Under the pieces are notes generated by a model. That model ran no database searches. It saw only the letters and a list, made by a program, of their open reading frames with translations, and was not told the origin of the DNA. Made by a program: the position numbers and the translations under genes. Shown here one piece after another: positions 44,556-54,372 of a DNA stretch of 64,000 bases. How positions within the stretch are numbered: position 1 is the stretch's first letter; every line of letters starts with the position of its first letter. The stretch spans positions 124,001 through 188,000 of IMG/VR virus record IMGVR_UViG_3300035670_000008, one strand, 5' to 3'.

Positions 44556-47132
44556 ATGTTTGACTTAGATAATCGAAAGTTTCTAGAACTATCGCCCCTG
44601 TCCTACCATGAGGTGCTGTTAACCCACGCTGGGCAGATGGATTTATCTATAGCGGACTGCCTGTTCTTGGATTGGGACTTAACCACATTTGACCCTGACC
44701 TACCAGCTCGTTCAGTTACCTACGCTTACTTTAAGCAGCCCAACCAAGCAATCAAAATAGATTATGCACCCTACAAAACAAACCTACGTTTGTCTCAGCC
44801 CGTTCGTCTATCCAGCAAAGCTCGGTTAAGCTCCTCTGTAGCCGCAGAGAACTATATTGTCGTCACGAACGCCGATGAGTCAGAGGTAGAGACCCGCTAC
44901 GCTGTCTACCGTGAGCCAGAAGACTATAATCTCTTTACCTACAGCCGTCGTACCTCAATCGCCAGCGGGGTAGCTGAGTACATCTATCGAGATACTCAGA
45001 CTGCTGAGGGTTTATTAACCTTAAAGACGATTAATAAGTTGCCCATCAGCAAAGCCTACACTTACCTACTTAATGACGTTACAGCAGCAACTTATACTCA
45101 AGGCGCGCGGTACCAGGCATTATCTAAGCTTTACCAATCTGACGTTAGAGATGGGTTAGTCCCCAGCAGCAAAGTCCATGTTGATATGGGCTACAAGAAC
45201 CCAGCTAACGTCGCCTGGGCGCTCTTCTACGCCTGCGCGGCTCAAGCAGACTTATATGTCCTTTTAATCCTACGGGGTTTGGTGGAAGAAGCTTTTCGGC
45301 GTGGCTACATCATTCGATTGGCAGAAGGGGAAATCGATATTAACCCAAACGCCTACTGGGGCTTTGAGCCTAGTTTTCTGCCCGGAGCCGCACAAGATGA
45401 CTCTTTAAGAATCATCTCTGATAACGCCCTCCTAGGTTGGTCAGTCTGTTGCGCCATCCGTTATCTACAAGACCGGCGACCGTTAGATTCAAATTTAATC
45501 ATCGGGAAATATACAGACTTTGACGTGGCTTTAAAACAGTTCGTAAAGTCCATTGGCTTTCTTTGTGCCTACGCGGTATCCCCCGTTATCTGGTGGTCTT
45601 GCGAGCGATTTGAGTCCGGTGCTTTTAACTACGAGGCGGTCTCTCTTAAGGCGTCTTATTTAACTGATATCTTCCTTAACGAGCTGCTTCAGATAACCTA
45701 CGAGCCATTTATTCACAGCCAAGCCGCCCGGCTGCACGAAACGATTAGCTACAGCCCGGATGACTTAACAAACGGCTTTTATACTGGGTTTGTAGACAAC
45801 TCTCCTGATGCCCAAGTCTATCGTCTGTATTGGTATTGGAAGTATAACGAGCAGGTTCTGTCAGACCTTCTTGCTGAGTATATTCCCGGCGGGGTTAATG
45901 ACTCCTACATTGCTTATTTATATTTAGCCACAGGGGAGACCCTCCCAGATTGGTTAGAGACTTTCTTAGATAGTAAACAGGATGTTATCTCCCCTGAGGA
46001 AGTAGACTCCCTTTACGACCTAGACTCACTTAGTTACCTGCCACTCTGTACTGGTGTGAGGGAGTATGCGATTAAAAGCTCTACTAACTTCTACTACTAT
46101 GCTCACGAAGCTTCAGCCAAGGTTAGTTATTTACTGAGCGAGCTACGGCGGCTTTGGCCGGTAGGTTCTCAGTGGACTAACCTAGAGACGCTAATGACGG
46201 TCACCAGCGTCTTAGGGTCGATGCTCTACGCTGAAGCTAGTCTTTACTACGACTTCTACCTTCTGTATTTTCTAATCCGAGACGGATTATCGTTAGACCG
46301 TGCTCAAGGTGATCAAGCCTACGCGTGGGTGGACTTATTCCTAAGACCCAAGTCGATGACGACAGATAAGTTCATTGCCGCCTTGGTATACGACTACTTA
46401 AATCGAGAGATTAATACCCACTCAGACCTGGAAGTGTTCCTGAGGGAATTCTTTAACCGACCGGAGTTAACGCTTAGCCATCCAACACCAAAACCCTACT
46501 CAGTCCTTAAAGACCCTTATCTAGTAGAGGATGACTTCTGGAACTACACTGCCGAGGTTAATGAGTTTAATACCTCGTACTTTACCGAGGTTGAAAACCG
46601 CTCTATTATTCACAAGCCCGGCTCGATTGTAGACACCTCAGAACTTTATACAATCGATACAGACGACCGAGTGAATGCCTATGGTGGTTATGTCGAGCGG
46701 GTCGTCCCAGGCTTTCCCTACCGTAATTGCTTAGTGAGCTTCAATACCTTTAACTGCTCTGATACCATCCCGGTTAACTCTGAGTATTACGATATGCCGG
46801 TAACGGAGCGGCTTATGTACCGACCTTACCTATCAATCTCTGACCCAGACGCGCCTGAATGTAGCTACGACTATTGGTACAACCCAGACCTGTATGTTCT
46901 AGACGGGCCTTCAATGCTGAAGCCGTTAGACCTGTACGTCCCCAAATCCACCATCGACCTTAATGGCCCTCTCTGTCCGTATTTAACAGAGGTGCTCCAT
47001 AGCACAATGCCCGCCGGGCTTAGCTATAAAGTCTTAGCGACTAATTACTATATTGAAGTTAGGAACAAAGTCGTTACCGACATCTGGTTCTTTGACGACG
47101 CCGACGTATTGGAAAACACCGTCTTTACATAA
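44556..47132 (+). CDS. Baseplate wedge protein (Mu gp48 / gpI-like C-terminal part) with a large N-terminal extension (~858 aa)
   Basis: Follows J. LSELRRLWPVGSQW...VLGSMLYAEA resembles the gp48 'LLP.G.AW' motif. ATG at 44556 is preferred to the track's TTG at 44532. Confidence 0.45.
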   Translation: MFDLDNRKFLELSPLSYHEVLLTHAGQMDLSIADCLFLDWDLTTFDPDLPARSVTYAYFKQPNQAIKIDYAPYKTNLRLSQPVRLSSKARLSSSVAAENYIVVTNADESEVETRYAVYREPEDYNLFTYSRRTSIASGVAEYIYRDTQTAEGLLTLKTINKLPISKAYTYLLNDVTAATYTQGARYQALSKLYQSDVRDGLVPSSKVHVDMGYKNPANVAWALFYACAAQADLYVLLILRGLVEEAFRRGYIIRLAEGEIDINPNAYWGFEPSFLPGAAQDDSLRIISDNALLGWSVCCAIRYLQDRRPLDSNLIIGKYTDFDVALKQFVKSIGFLCAYAVSPVIWWSCERFESGAFNYEAVSLKASYLTDIFLNELLQITYEPFIHSQAARLHETISYSPDDLTNGFYTGFVDNSPDAQVYRLYWYWKYNEQVLSDLLAEYIPGGVNDSYIAYLYLATGETLPDWLETFLDSKQDVISPEEVDSLYDLDSLSYLPLCTGVREYAIKSSTNFYYYAHEASAKVSYLLSELRRLWPVGSQWTNLETLMTVTSVLGSMLYAEASLYYDFYLLYFLIRDGLSLDRAQGDQAYAWVDLFLRPKSMTTDKFIAALVYDYLNREINTHSDLEVFLREFFNRPELTLSHPTPKPYSVLKDPYLVEDDFWNYTAEVNEFNTSYFTEVENRSIIHKPGSIVDTSELYTIDTDDRVNAYGGYVERVVPGFPYRNCLVSFNTFNCSDTIPVNSEYYDMPVTERLMYRPYLSISDPDAPECSYDYWYNPDLYVLDGPSMLKPLDLYVPKSTIDLNGPLCPYLTEVLHSTMPAGLSYKVLATNYYIEVRNKVVTDIWFFDDADVLENTVFT

Positions 47133-47135
47133 ACT

Positions 47136-50100
47136 ATGACTGTATCAGAAGACTACGAAGCGTTAAGAATACCAGTATTAGAAGGTATTAACGATGACCC
47201 CCAAGAGCCTAACTATTTAGACAACGGGCGGGGGTGTAATGGTTCTTACTATGTGCAACGCTACAACGCACTGATTGATATTCTTAAGACGATTCCTGAA
47301 GGCCCTCCAGGTATCCAAGGGGAGCAGGGTATCCAAGGGGAGCAGGGTATCCAAGGTATTCAAGGTGAAGTTGGGCCAGAAGGCCCGCAAGGGGAGCAGG
47401 GTATAGCCGGTATTACTTGGCGAACCGGAGATGGTGCCCCGGATGACTCCTTGGGAGTAGACAACGACTTGTATTTAGACTTGTTAACTGGGGATGTTTA
47501 CAAGCGAATTAGCGGGGTTTACTACATCGTTCTTAATCTTATCGGGCCGGCTGGCCCAGAAGGGCCCCAAGGCGACCCTGGGTTAGACGGCTTGGATGGG
47601 ATTGATGGCGCCACCATTCGCGTGGGTACCACCACTCCCGATAATGCTTTAGGGGAGAACGGGGATTACTATATTGTTTCTACGTCAGGTGACTTACATT
47701 TTAAGGACGGGGGTGCTTACTCAGTTGTAGCTAATCTGAGGGGGCCTCAAGGCGTTCAAGGTATCCAAGGGGAGCAGGGTGTCCAAGGCGAGCCTGGAAC
47801 TTCTATTACGGTCGTCGGAACGCTTACGGACGTAGGCGACCTTCCAGTAAGCTCTACGATCGGCAGCACCTACTTAGTTGGTGGAGAAGGCGGCGACCTT
47901 TATGTCTGGAGTGAAAACAGCACTTGGGTAAACCTAGGCCCGTTCCAAGGACCGCAAGGTATACAAGGTGAGCAGGGTATACAAGGTATACAAGGTGAGC
48001 AGGGTATACAAGGTGAGCAGGGTATACAAGGTGAGCAAGGTCCTTCTGGAAACGTTTGGCGAAGCGGGCCTACCAACCCCTCTAATGACACTGGAGTAGA
48101 TAACGACTACTACGTTAATACCACCAGCGGGGACGTCTTTAAGCGTATTGCTGGCACCTACGTTCTACAAGGCAACATTAAAGGGCCTATTGGCGACCCT
48201 GGCCCCCAAGGTGACCCTGGCGACCAAGGACCCCAAGGCCCCATCGGGGTAGCAGGAACTGTTTGGCGGAGTGCGGCTGGCGCTCCTAGTAATACCTTAG
48301 GAGTTGATGGCGACTACTATTTGAATACTTCTACCGGAGAAGTTTTAAGACGAACATCCGGTGTTTATGTATCACAAGGTAACATTAAAGGCCCTGTCGG
48401 CGACCAGGGTGTTCAAGGGCCTGAAGGTGTCGCTGGCCCTCAAGGCAACACTGGTATTCAAGGGCCAACCGGGCCTGCCGGGGATAAAGCCGGGGTCAAA
48501 TATTACTACTCGTCTACCACAACAGATGCAGACCCCGGAAACGGAACGTTTCGCTTTAGCTCTACTACCTTAGGAGCAATTACCTACCTTTATATTGACA
48601 ACGCAGACTTTAATAATACTAACCAGACGCCTTGGTACAACGCCTGGGACGACTCTACCTCTACTATCAAAGGCCAGCTTTATATTACAGGTAACACTGG
48701 CGGTAGCGCGGCAATGGCAGTGTTTAATATCACTGGGGATGTTATTATCTCCTCTGGTTACTACAAAGTTCCAGTTTTAAACGTCACCGGTACTCTACCC
48801 GCTAATGGGGAGGTCTGCACGATTACTTTTGTACCTGCAGGCTACAAAGGCGACCAAGGTATTCAAGGTATTCAAGGTATTCAGGGAGAGACAGGCACTC
48901 AAGGGCTCCAAGGTAATCCGGGGGATAACGGAGCTACCGGCCCAGCTGGCCCAACAGGAGATAAAGGGGGTATTAAATATGTCTACTCCACGACGACCAC
49001 AGACGCTGACCCTGGCAGTGGAATATTCCGGCTGAACAATTCGACGGTGAGTAGCGTCACCTTTATTTATATTGATAACGTTGACTCAGGTGGGGTCTCC
49101 CGAACAAACTGGTATGACACCTGGGACGACTCAACTTCCACAACCAAAGGGCAGCTCTACATTGCGGCTAACTCATCTAGTAACGCAACTCAATTGGTCT
49201 ATAACGTTACTGCGATTACTGTAGCTAGTGGTTACTACAAGATAGCCGTCAGCTACGTTAGTGGGGTTAACACTTTATCGAATAGCGACGCTTGTACTTT
49301 AACCTTTGTGCCTACTGGAGCAAAAGGAGACCCGGGCCCCCAAGGGACTCAAGGGATTGACGGCCCTCCTGGTGACGGCGGTTACCGAGTTGGTCTACGG
49401 TATAACTTTTCTACTACGACTAACGCGACCGGAATCGCAGCGGGAACGATTCGGTACAACAGCTCAACAGTAAGCTCTGTAACAGTACTGTTCATTGCTA
49501 ATACCGACGTTATGGGGCTTACCCAGAATACTTGGTTAGCGGGGTTAGACGACTCTACAAACACTGGGAACCGGGGTCTCATCACCATCATGGGAGCCGA
49601 CCCGACTAGCGCTACCGCGACGGTTTTCAAGGTAACAGGTTCAGCTACTGTTTTCTCTACCTACACTTCTGTCGTAGTTACTTACGTTTCTGGAACTCGA
49701 CCGGCGGACTCGCATGCTTTAGCCGTTCAGTTCAGCCCCTCTGGGGATCTTGGTCCGGTGGGCCCAGCTGGTGACGACGGAGCTACTGGCCCTGAGGGCC
49801 CTGCCGGCCCGGCAGGAACTACTGGCGCCACCGGGGCTGACGGCGGCTGGCAGAGTGCTCAAACGATAACTACCTTCACAGCTAGCGGTAACTTAACATC
49901 TTCCCACGTTGGGCATTTAGTAAGAAGTAACACGGCTTCAAACATTACATTAACCATTACTCAATTCACCCCAACTACAGGGGTTCATATTGACTTAATG
50001 CGTTATGGCACCGGCGGGCTGACGATTGCAGCTGCGTCCGGGGTAACAATTCGGAGTGTAGCTAGCTATAGAGGACTTAACTTCCAGTATTCCTGTGCGT

Positions 50101-50156
50101 CTTTAGTCCACTTAGGAAGTAACGAATGGTTATTGGCGGGAGACCTTAAAGCGTAG
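47136..50156 (+). CDS. Collagen-like tail fibre protein (1006 aa)
   Basis: Multiple Gly-X-Y runs ([12 protein letters not shown]) separate repeated globular modules. The C-terminal domain ends ...[16 protein letters not shown]. Confidence 0.85.
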   Translation: MTVSEDYEALRIPVLEGINDDPQEPNYLDNGRGCNGSYYVQRYNALIDILKTIPEGPPGIQGEQGIQGEQGIQGIQGEVGPEGPQGEQGIAGITWRTGDGAPDDSLGVDNDLYLDLLTGDVYKRISGVYYIVLNLIGPAGPEGPQGDPGLDGLDGIDGATIRVGTTTPDNALGENGDYYIVSTSGDLHFKDGGAYSVVANLRGPQGVQGIQGEQGVQGEPGTSITVVGTLTDVGDLPVSSTIGSTYLVGGEGGDLYVWSENSTWVNLGPFQGPQGIQGEQGIQGIQGEQGIQGEQGIQGEQGPSGNVWRSGPTNPSNDTGVDNDYYVNTTSGDVFKRIAGTYVLQGNIKGPIGDPGPQGDPGDQGPQGPIGVAGTVWRSAAGAPSNTLGVDGDYYLNTSTGEVLRRTSGVYVSQGNIKGPVGDQGVQGPEGVAGPQGNTGIQGPTGPAGDKAGVKYYYSSTTTDADPGNGTFRFSSTTLGAITYLYIDNADFNNTNQTPWYNAWDDSTSTIKGQLYITGNTGGSAAMAVFNITGDVIISSGYYKVPVLNVTGTLPANGEVCTITFVPAGYKGDQGIQGIQGIQGETGTQGLQGNPGDNGATGPAGPTGDKGGIKYVYSTTTTDADPGSGIFRLNNSTVSSVTFIYIDNVDSGGVSRTNWYDTWDDSTSTTKGQLYIAANSSSNATQLVYNVTAITVASGYYKIAVSYVSGVNTLSNSDACTLTFVPTGAKGDPGPQGTQGIDGPPGDGGYRVGLRYNFSTTTNATGIAAGTIRYNSSTVSSVTVLFIANTDVMGLTQNTWLAGLDDSTNTGNRGLITIMGADPTSATATVFKVTGSATVFSTYTSVVVTYVSGTRPADSHALAVQFSPSGDLGPVGPAGDDGATGPEGPAGPAGTTGATGADGGWQSAQTITTFTASGNLTSSHVGHLVRSNTASNITLTITQFTPTTGVHIDLMRYGTGGLTIAAASGVTIRSVASYRGLNFQYSCASLVHLGSNEWLLAGDLKA
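47958..48038 (+). repeat. Tandem 18-bp repeat ggtatacaaggtgagcag (GIQGEQ) in the fibre gene
   Basis: Four 18-bp units (the last ends CAA) and one 9-bp half unit. A related ggtatccaaggggagcag pair lies near 47310-47345. Confidence 0.9.
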
Positions 50157-50159
50157 ACT

Positions 50160-51083
50160 ATGCCGTACTCTATCGGGTTTCACAAATTTAATCCCCCTTA
50201 CTGGACACCACAAGGTGTTTACAGTGAATCGGGAGCTATCAGTCTGTGGTTGTCTGGAAATACAGCTGACAACTATCAGGGAGCGTTGCCAACGACCATT
50301 ACTAAAGATGGGGCCAATTATGTTTCTGCTTGGTCGAGTAGCTGGGGTGCAGCATTAACAAATGCAGGCGGGACTTCTGTAAAACCATACGTTGTAGGCG
50401 GCAATAAATATATAACTTTTCCTAACAACACATTCCTAAACGTAGGGCAGGAGATAGTTATTAACCCCTTGACGACGTCTAGCCCAGCGAATGATATCGT
50501 CGCCTTCTTTTTAGTAATTAGCATAAACGCGGCGTACTTTGGATACAACAAAAGTTGGTCGTTGCTTACTTCGTATAACCCTGCCGACCCGAATTACTTC
50601 CATTCATTTGTGTACCTACAATCCGACTCGACCGACCGGTTCTGGTTTGGTCAACGGGCTCAGACATCGACAGCCTCTGGGCAGAATATTCAGAGTCAGA
50701 TGTATAGTTCTTCTTTGATATTCAATGACAAATACACTCTTATTACCGGCTTTATTAATAACGATAGCTCTACTTTCCAAGCGTCATCCTATTTCTATAA
50801 CGTTGACGGCTATGGAAATCTAGTAAGTCAGACTACCAACATTACAGGAATATCTTCAGCTAACTACAGTAACCTGACTGCTACTACTTTAAACACCATT
50901 CCTGGTGGGGACGCAACCACGCTGGGGTTAACTGGCTACTTTAACTGCCACGAACTATTACTGGCTGACCTAACCTACTCCTCTAATTTATTCACAAAGA
51001 TAGAAGGGTCTATGGCTTGGAAGTACGGTATTCCTTTACCTAATACTCACCCCTACTATAGCTCTGCTCCTTTACTTGTTTAA
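50160..51083 (+). CDS. Putative receptor-binding / fibre-tip protein, LamG/concanavalin-A-like (307 aa)
   Basis: YWTP....ISLWLSG...YVSAWSS at the N-terminus and KIEGSMAWKYGIPLPNTHPY at the C-terminus fit a pattern seen in phage lectin-fold fibre proteins. It follows the collagen fibre gene. Confidence 0.55.
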   Translation: MPYSIGFHKFNPPYWTPQGVYSESGAISLWLSGNTADNYQGALPTTITKDGANYVSAWSSSWGAALTNAGGTSVKPYVVGGNKYITFPNNTFLNVGQEIVINPLTTSSPANDIVAFFLVISINAAYFGYNKSWSLLTSYNPADPNYFHSFVYLQSDSTDRFWFGQRAQTSTASGQNIQSQMYSSSLIFNDKYTLITGFINNDSSTFQASSYFYNVDGYGNLVSQTTNITGISSANYSNLTATTLNTIPGGDATTLGLTGYFNCHELLLADLTYSSNLFTKIEGSMAWKYGIPLPNTHPYYSSAPLLV

Positions 51084-51088
51084 TTATT

Positions 51089-51895
51089 ATGACTGTATCT
51101 CCGATTGTTATACTAGGTGACCAATTTACAGGGAGTGGCTCCGACGACACCACCCAAAGCTTCCGTAAGTATAATAGCCATATACACTCCGTCGTCCGGG
51201 TGCCAGACTTTTTAGCCTACGACGTGGCTTTAGGAGATGAGGTATACCTCTATGATGTTAACGACAGATTAGTTGTAGATGAGATTACCGCCCCCACAAT
51301 TAGTTATCTATCTTCGTCGGAGCTGCGCATCTCAACGACGTTTAATCAGTCGTTGTCTAACACGGTTCTTTATGTTAAAGCGCCTAAGGAAGAACCTCAG
51401 AATGCTGTGTTAATCACCGGAGTTGATATTGAGCAAGGCTCGAATCTAATTCGATTTAACCCCGCGTCAGCTAATGGTTTTGCCAGCACTGCACAGATAA
51501 TCAGTCTATCCACCGACCAACACAACCACGTTTTTGCTATTCCTTCTGGTGTTGTGAATTATGAATATCCAGTGGTCTTTCCTTCTGCCAACAAGAGCTG
51601 GGTTAAGTCTTTATCTATCTCGCTTCACCATGGCACAGGTACTTTCCATTTGATAGCTAAGCGAGGAAGCACGGAACAGATACTAGCTAACATTGGAATC
51701 AACGACCCAGGCATTGTTTATAAGACCGACCTAACTGAGGACGAAATAGCTGACTCCTCTTTGGTATACCCTTCTGGATTGATGACAAAGGCCTTAGACG
51801 CCGATACTTATCTGAATTTCAAGGTTATTAGGACTGAACCTACCATGAGCTATGTTGTAGTTAGCATGTCCTTGGAAATACAGAAAGTAATATAA
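51089..51895 (+). CDS. Hypothetical structural protein (268 aa), fibre-associated
   Basis: Beta-rich ORF between the fibre tip and terminase genes. Its stop abuts the terminase GTG. Confidence 0.55.
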   Translation: MTVSPIVILGDQFTGSGSDDTTQSFRKYNSHIHSVVRVPDFLAYDVALGDEVYLYDVNDRLVVDEITAPTISYLSSSELRISTTFNQSLSNTVLYVKAPKEEPQNAVLITGVDIEQGSNLIRFNPASANGFASTAQIISLSTDQHNHVFAIPSGVVNYEYPVVFPSANKSWVKSLSISLHHGTGTFHLIAKRGSTEQILANIGINDPGIVYKTDLTEDEIADSSLVYPSGLMTKALDADTYLNFKVIRTEPTMSYVVVSMSLEIQKVI

Positions 51896-53677
51896 GTGGC
51901 TTTAGCTGACGGCAATTTAGATTTCGAGGGGTTCTTTACAGGTCTAGCCCAAGACTTGGAGATGCAATTCTCTTCAAGTCTTGCGGCTACGAATATCATC
52001 GACTTCCTAGAGAACGAAGTGGATCAGGTCAGTTGGTTAGGTGAAGGTGGTAGTTTAACCCCGCAACAAATCACACTACTGAAGATATACGACGGGCTGG
52101 AGCTAGATGAAGAGGAGTTAGCTTTAGTTGAGGCTTGGAAAGCGCTAGACCGCACGACCTACGATTTTGAACTAGGCCCTCGCAGACGACAAGCCTTCGT
52201 TATGGAAGCAGGTAGAAATGCGTCTAAGACGTTTATAGGTTCTATCATTTTAGGATACGAGTGGTACAAGCTTTGTATGATGTCAAATCCCCAGGCGTTC
52301 TTCAGGATTGCGGCGTCCACTCTTATCTCCATTTACTGTTTAGCCCCGGCAGCTACCCAAACGAAGAAGACTATCTTTGGTCAATCGAGAGCCTTCCTTA
52401 ATTACATCCCCAAGATTAAACGTTTAATAGACAATAAGAGTATTATCGTCGGGGAAGAAGAAATCAAATATCCAGAGAAGCTACTGTACGTCTATGCCGG
52501 GAACAGTAAAGGTAGCACTCAGGTGGGAAGCCGTGTGATCCTAATGGTAATGGACGAGGTCGCCCGCTTTGAGTCTAAAGACGGAGACTCCAACGCATTA
52601 GAACTGTGGTCTAACGTGGGTGTGTCCGGGATTACCTTTGGTGAGCACGCCCGGCGGGTGGCCATCTCGTCTGCTTGGGAAGAAGGGGATGCTATCCAGA
52701 AGCTATGGAATGCTTCTAAGCTAGAGGATTCTTGGATCGGCTTCCGCTTCCGTACTTGGGATGTTAACCCCAAGATGGACAGGGATAACCCTATTATTGC
52801 AGCGGAGTATAACCTAGACGCTGCCCACGCCAAGCTTGAGTTTGAGGGTGACCGGTCGGCGAACGCCTACTCATTCTTCCACGAAACGGAGGTTCACCGG
52901 GCCTTCAGAGGTAGAGTTGAGTGCGACATCCAAAGGGTTGATTATGGGGATGACCTCATCCGGCTGAAGGTCAACTCGGTGGTACCCGCTACCTATTTAA
53001 CGTATATGCACCTCGACCCTGCTGTGGTGAGAGATGCCTATGCGATGGCGTTTGGCCATGGGACTACAGACTCAGATGGACGTAAGGTCGTTGTGATTGA
53101 CGGACTGGCCGCTTGGGAGCCGAAGCCTGGCCAAGCAGTAAGCTTACTCAACGTCTACGACATCATCTATGGGGTTCACACCCAACGTCCGCTGTATAAG
53201 GTTACTACAGACCATGCACAACAAGCTGAGACGATTCAACGGCTGCGGATGAATGGGTTGAACGCGAGTAGCATTTTCTTCTCCAATCGTATGCAGGTGG
53301 AGATATACGACGCTACTAGGAAGCTACTTCATGAGAACCGATTGATTTTACCTAAAGACTCTCCCTGGACGAACCTCCTTAAGCTAGAGATGATGACGGT
53401 TCAGTATGACCAACAAAAAGGTAAGATTTACCATAATGCGGACAGCTCGAAGGATTTAATTGACTGCGTATGTTCTGTGGTCTGGCATATTGCAGGCAAC
53501 CAAACAGGCACAGGTAACTCCGTTGTGGTCAACCGGAAGTCTAGACTAGGCAACAATCCTATTGACCGGTTTAGCCGTATAGAAGACGAAGACAGCTTCC
53601 AGACGAGCCGCCGAGAGTTGGTGTCTTCACTACGGAGCGGAGCGTCAGCCTCGTTGTTTGAAGAGTACGACTTCTAG
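51896..53677 (+). CDS. terL: Terminase large subunit (593 aa)
   Basis: Walker A-like AGRNASKT, Walker B VILMVMDE, motif III ISSA, and RNase-H-fold nuclease acidic residues (YMHLDP, TTDH, SKDLIDC). Confidence 0.92.
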   Translation: MALADGNLDFEGFFTGLAQDLEMQFSSSLAATNIIDFLENEVDQVSWLGEGGSLTPQQITLLKIYDGLELDEEELALVEAWKALDRTTYDFELGPRRRQAFVMEAGRNASKTFIGSIILGYEWYKLCMMSNPQAFFRIAASTLISIYCLAPAATQTKKTIFGQSRAFLNYIPKIKRLIDNKSIIVGEEEIKYPEKLLYVYAGNSKGSTQVGSRVILMVMDEVARFESKDGDSNALELWSNVGVSGITFGEHARRVAISSAWEEGDAIQKLWNASKLEDSWIGFRFRTWDVNPKMDRDNPIIAAEYNLDAAHAKLEFEGDRSANAYSFFHETEVHRAFRGRVECDIQRVDYGDDLIRLKVNSVVPATYLTYMHLDPAVVRDAYAMAFGHGTTDSDGRKVVVIDGLAAWEPKPGQAVSLLNVYDIIYGVHTQRPLYKVTTDHAQQAETIQRLRMNGLNASSIFFSNRMQVEIYDATRKLLHENRLILPKDSPWTNLLKLEMMTVQYDQQKGKIYHNADSSKDLIDCVCSVVWHIAGNQTGTGNSVVVNRKSRLGNNPIDRFSRIEDEDSFQTSRRELVSSLRSGASASLFEEYDF

Positions 53678-53688
53678 CCACTAGGTTA

Positions 53689-53702
53689 GAGGTAGCTACC
53701 TC
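53689..53702. terminator. 14-bp perfect palindrome after terL
   Basis: GAGGTAG-CTACCTC, flanked by CTAG on both sides. It has the same GTAGCTAC core as the post-sheath palindrome. Confidence 0.4.
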
Positions 53703-53713
53703 AGTACTAGACT

Positions 53714-54370
53714 ATGCCTAACGAGTCCAACCCTTATAGCCCTATACTACCGCCGCCGCAACCAAGTATTTGGCCTGCTACCTCTGAGGCTGAGATTCTT
53801 CAGACTGTCGAGACTCGATTAACCTATACACCGATTATTGTTCAGTTTGTACCCCCAATTCTTGACGCTGACAGTTCACCTTATACGGACAAACAACGTA
53901 AGCGTCGCTACGCCCTTAGAATTACTACGCCACCTAGCAACCGACCAGGAGAGTGGCAGTATATCCCTGACAGCTACTACTATGAAATCCCAGAGGACGG
54001 GCTGCTTAGATTGCAGCTGGTGCCTTCCGACCGGTATCTACCAATCGGGCGTTACGTTGTAGAATACTTCCGTATAGGTAAGCGGCTGCCCGTGTTGACC
54101 CAGCGGTGGATTGTTCCGAAGCCGCCGCCACTAGGCACCTTTGCATTTAACTACGAACTTCAACCACCGGTGTTACCAATAGATGTCTGGAAAGTCACTA
54201 GCGTCTCCGCAGGTACGGAGTGGGTATCTAACTACAATTCCCTGACTTGGGGTACACCTCCTGCTGTAGGAGAAGTTGTTAATGTCAAATATCAGCGAGC
54301 TCTCACTTTAGATAAACTTATAGACTACGGTATCAATAACTTTAAAGAAACGGATCGGGTGCGCTATTAA
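53714..54370 (+). CDS. Hypothetical protein (218 aa)
   Basis: Pro-rich, beta-rich ORF whose stop is 2 nt before the giant ORF start. Confidence 0.65.
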   Translation: MPNESNPYSPILPPPQPSIWPATSEAEILQTVETRLTYTPIIVQFVPPILDADSSPYTDKQRKRRYALRITTPPSNRPGEWQYIPDSYYYEIPEDGLLRLQLVPSDRYLPIGRYVVEYFRIGKRLPVLTQRWIVPKPPPLGTFAFNYELQPPVLPIDVWKVTSVSAGTEWVSNYNSLTWGTPPAVGEVVNVKYQRALTLDKLIDYGINNFKETDRVRY

Positions 54371-54372
54371 AC

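Noticed and set aside
47310-48038. CRISPR-like array from the 18-bp repeats (also the Glu-Pro repeats at 21337-21402)
   Set aside because: The repeats are contiguous, in frame and protein-coding, with no unique spacers and no cas genes.
18981-53677. Interpretation as an extracellular contractile injection system or T6SS with toxin cargo
   Set aside because: Portal, prohead protease, major capsid protein and terminase are all present, so this is a DNA-packaging phage.
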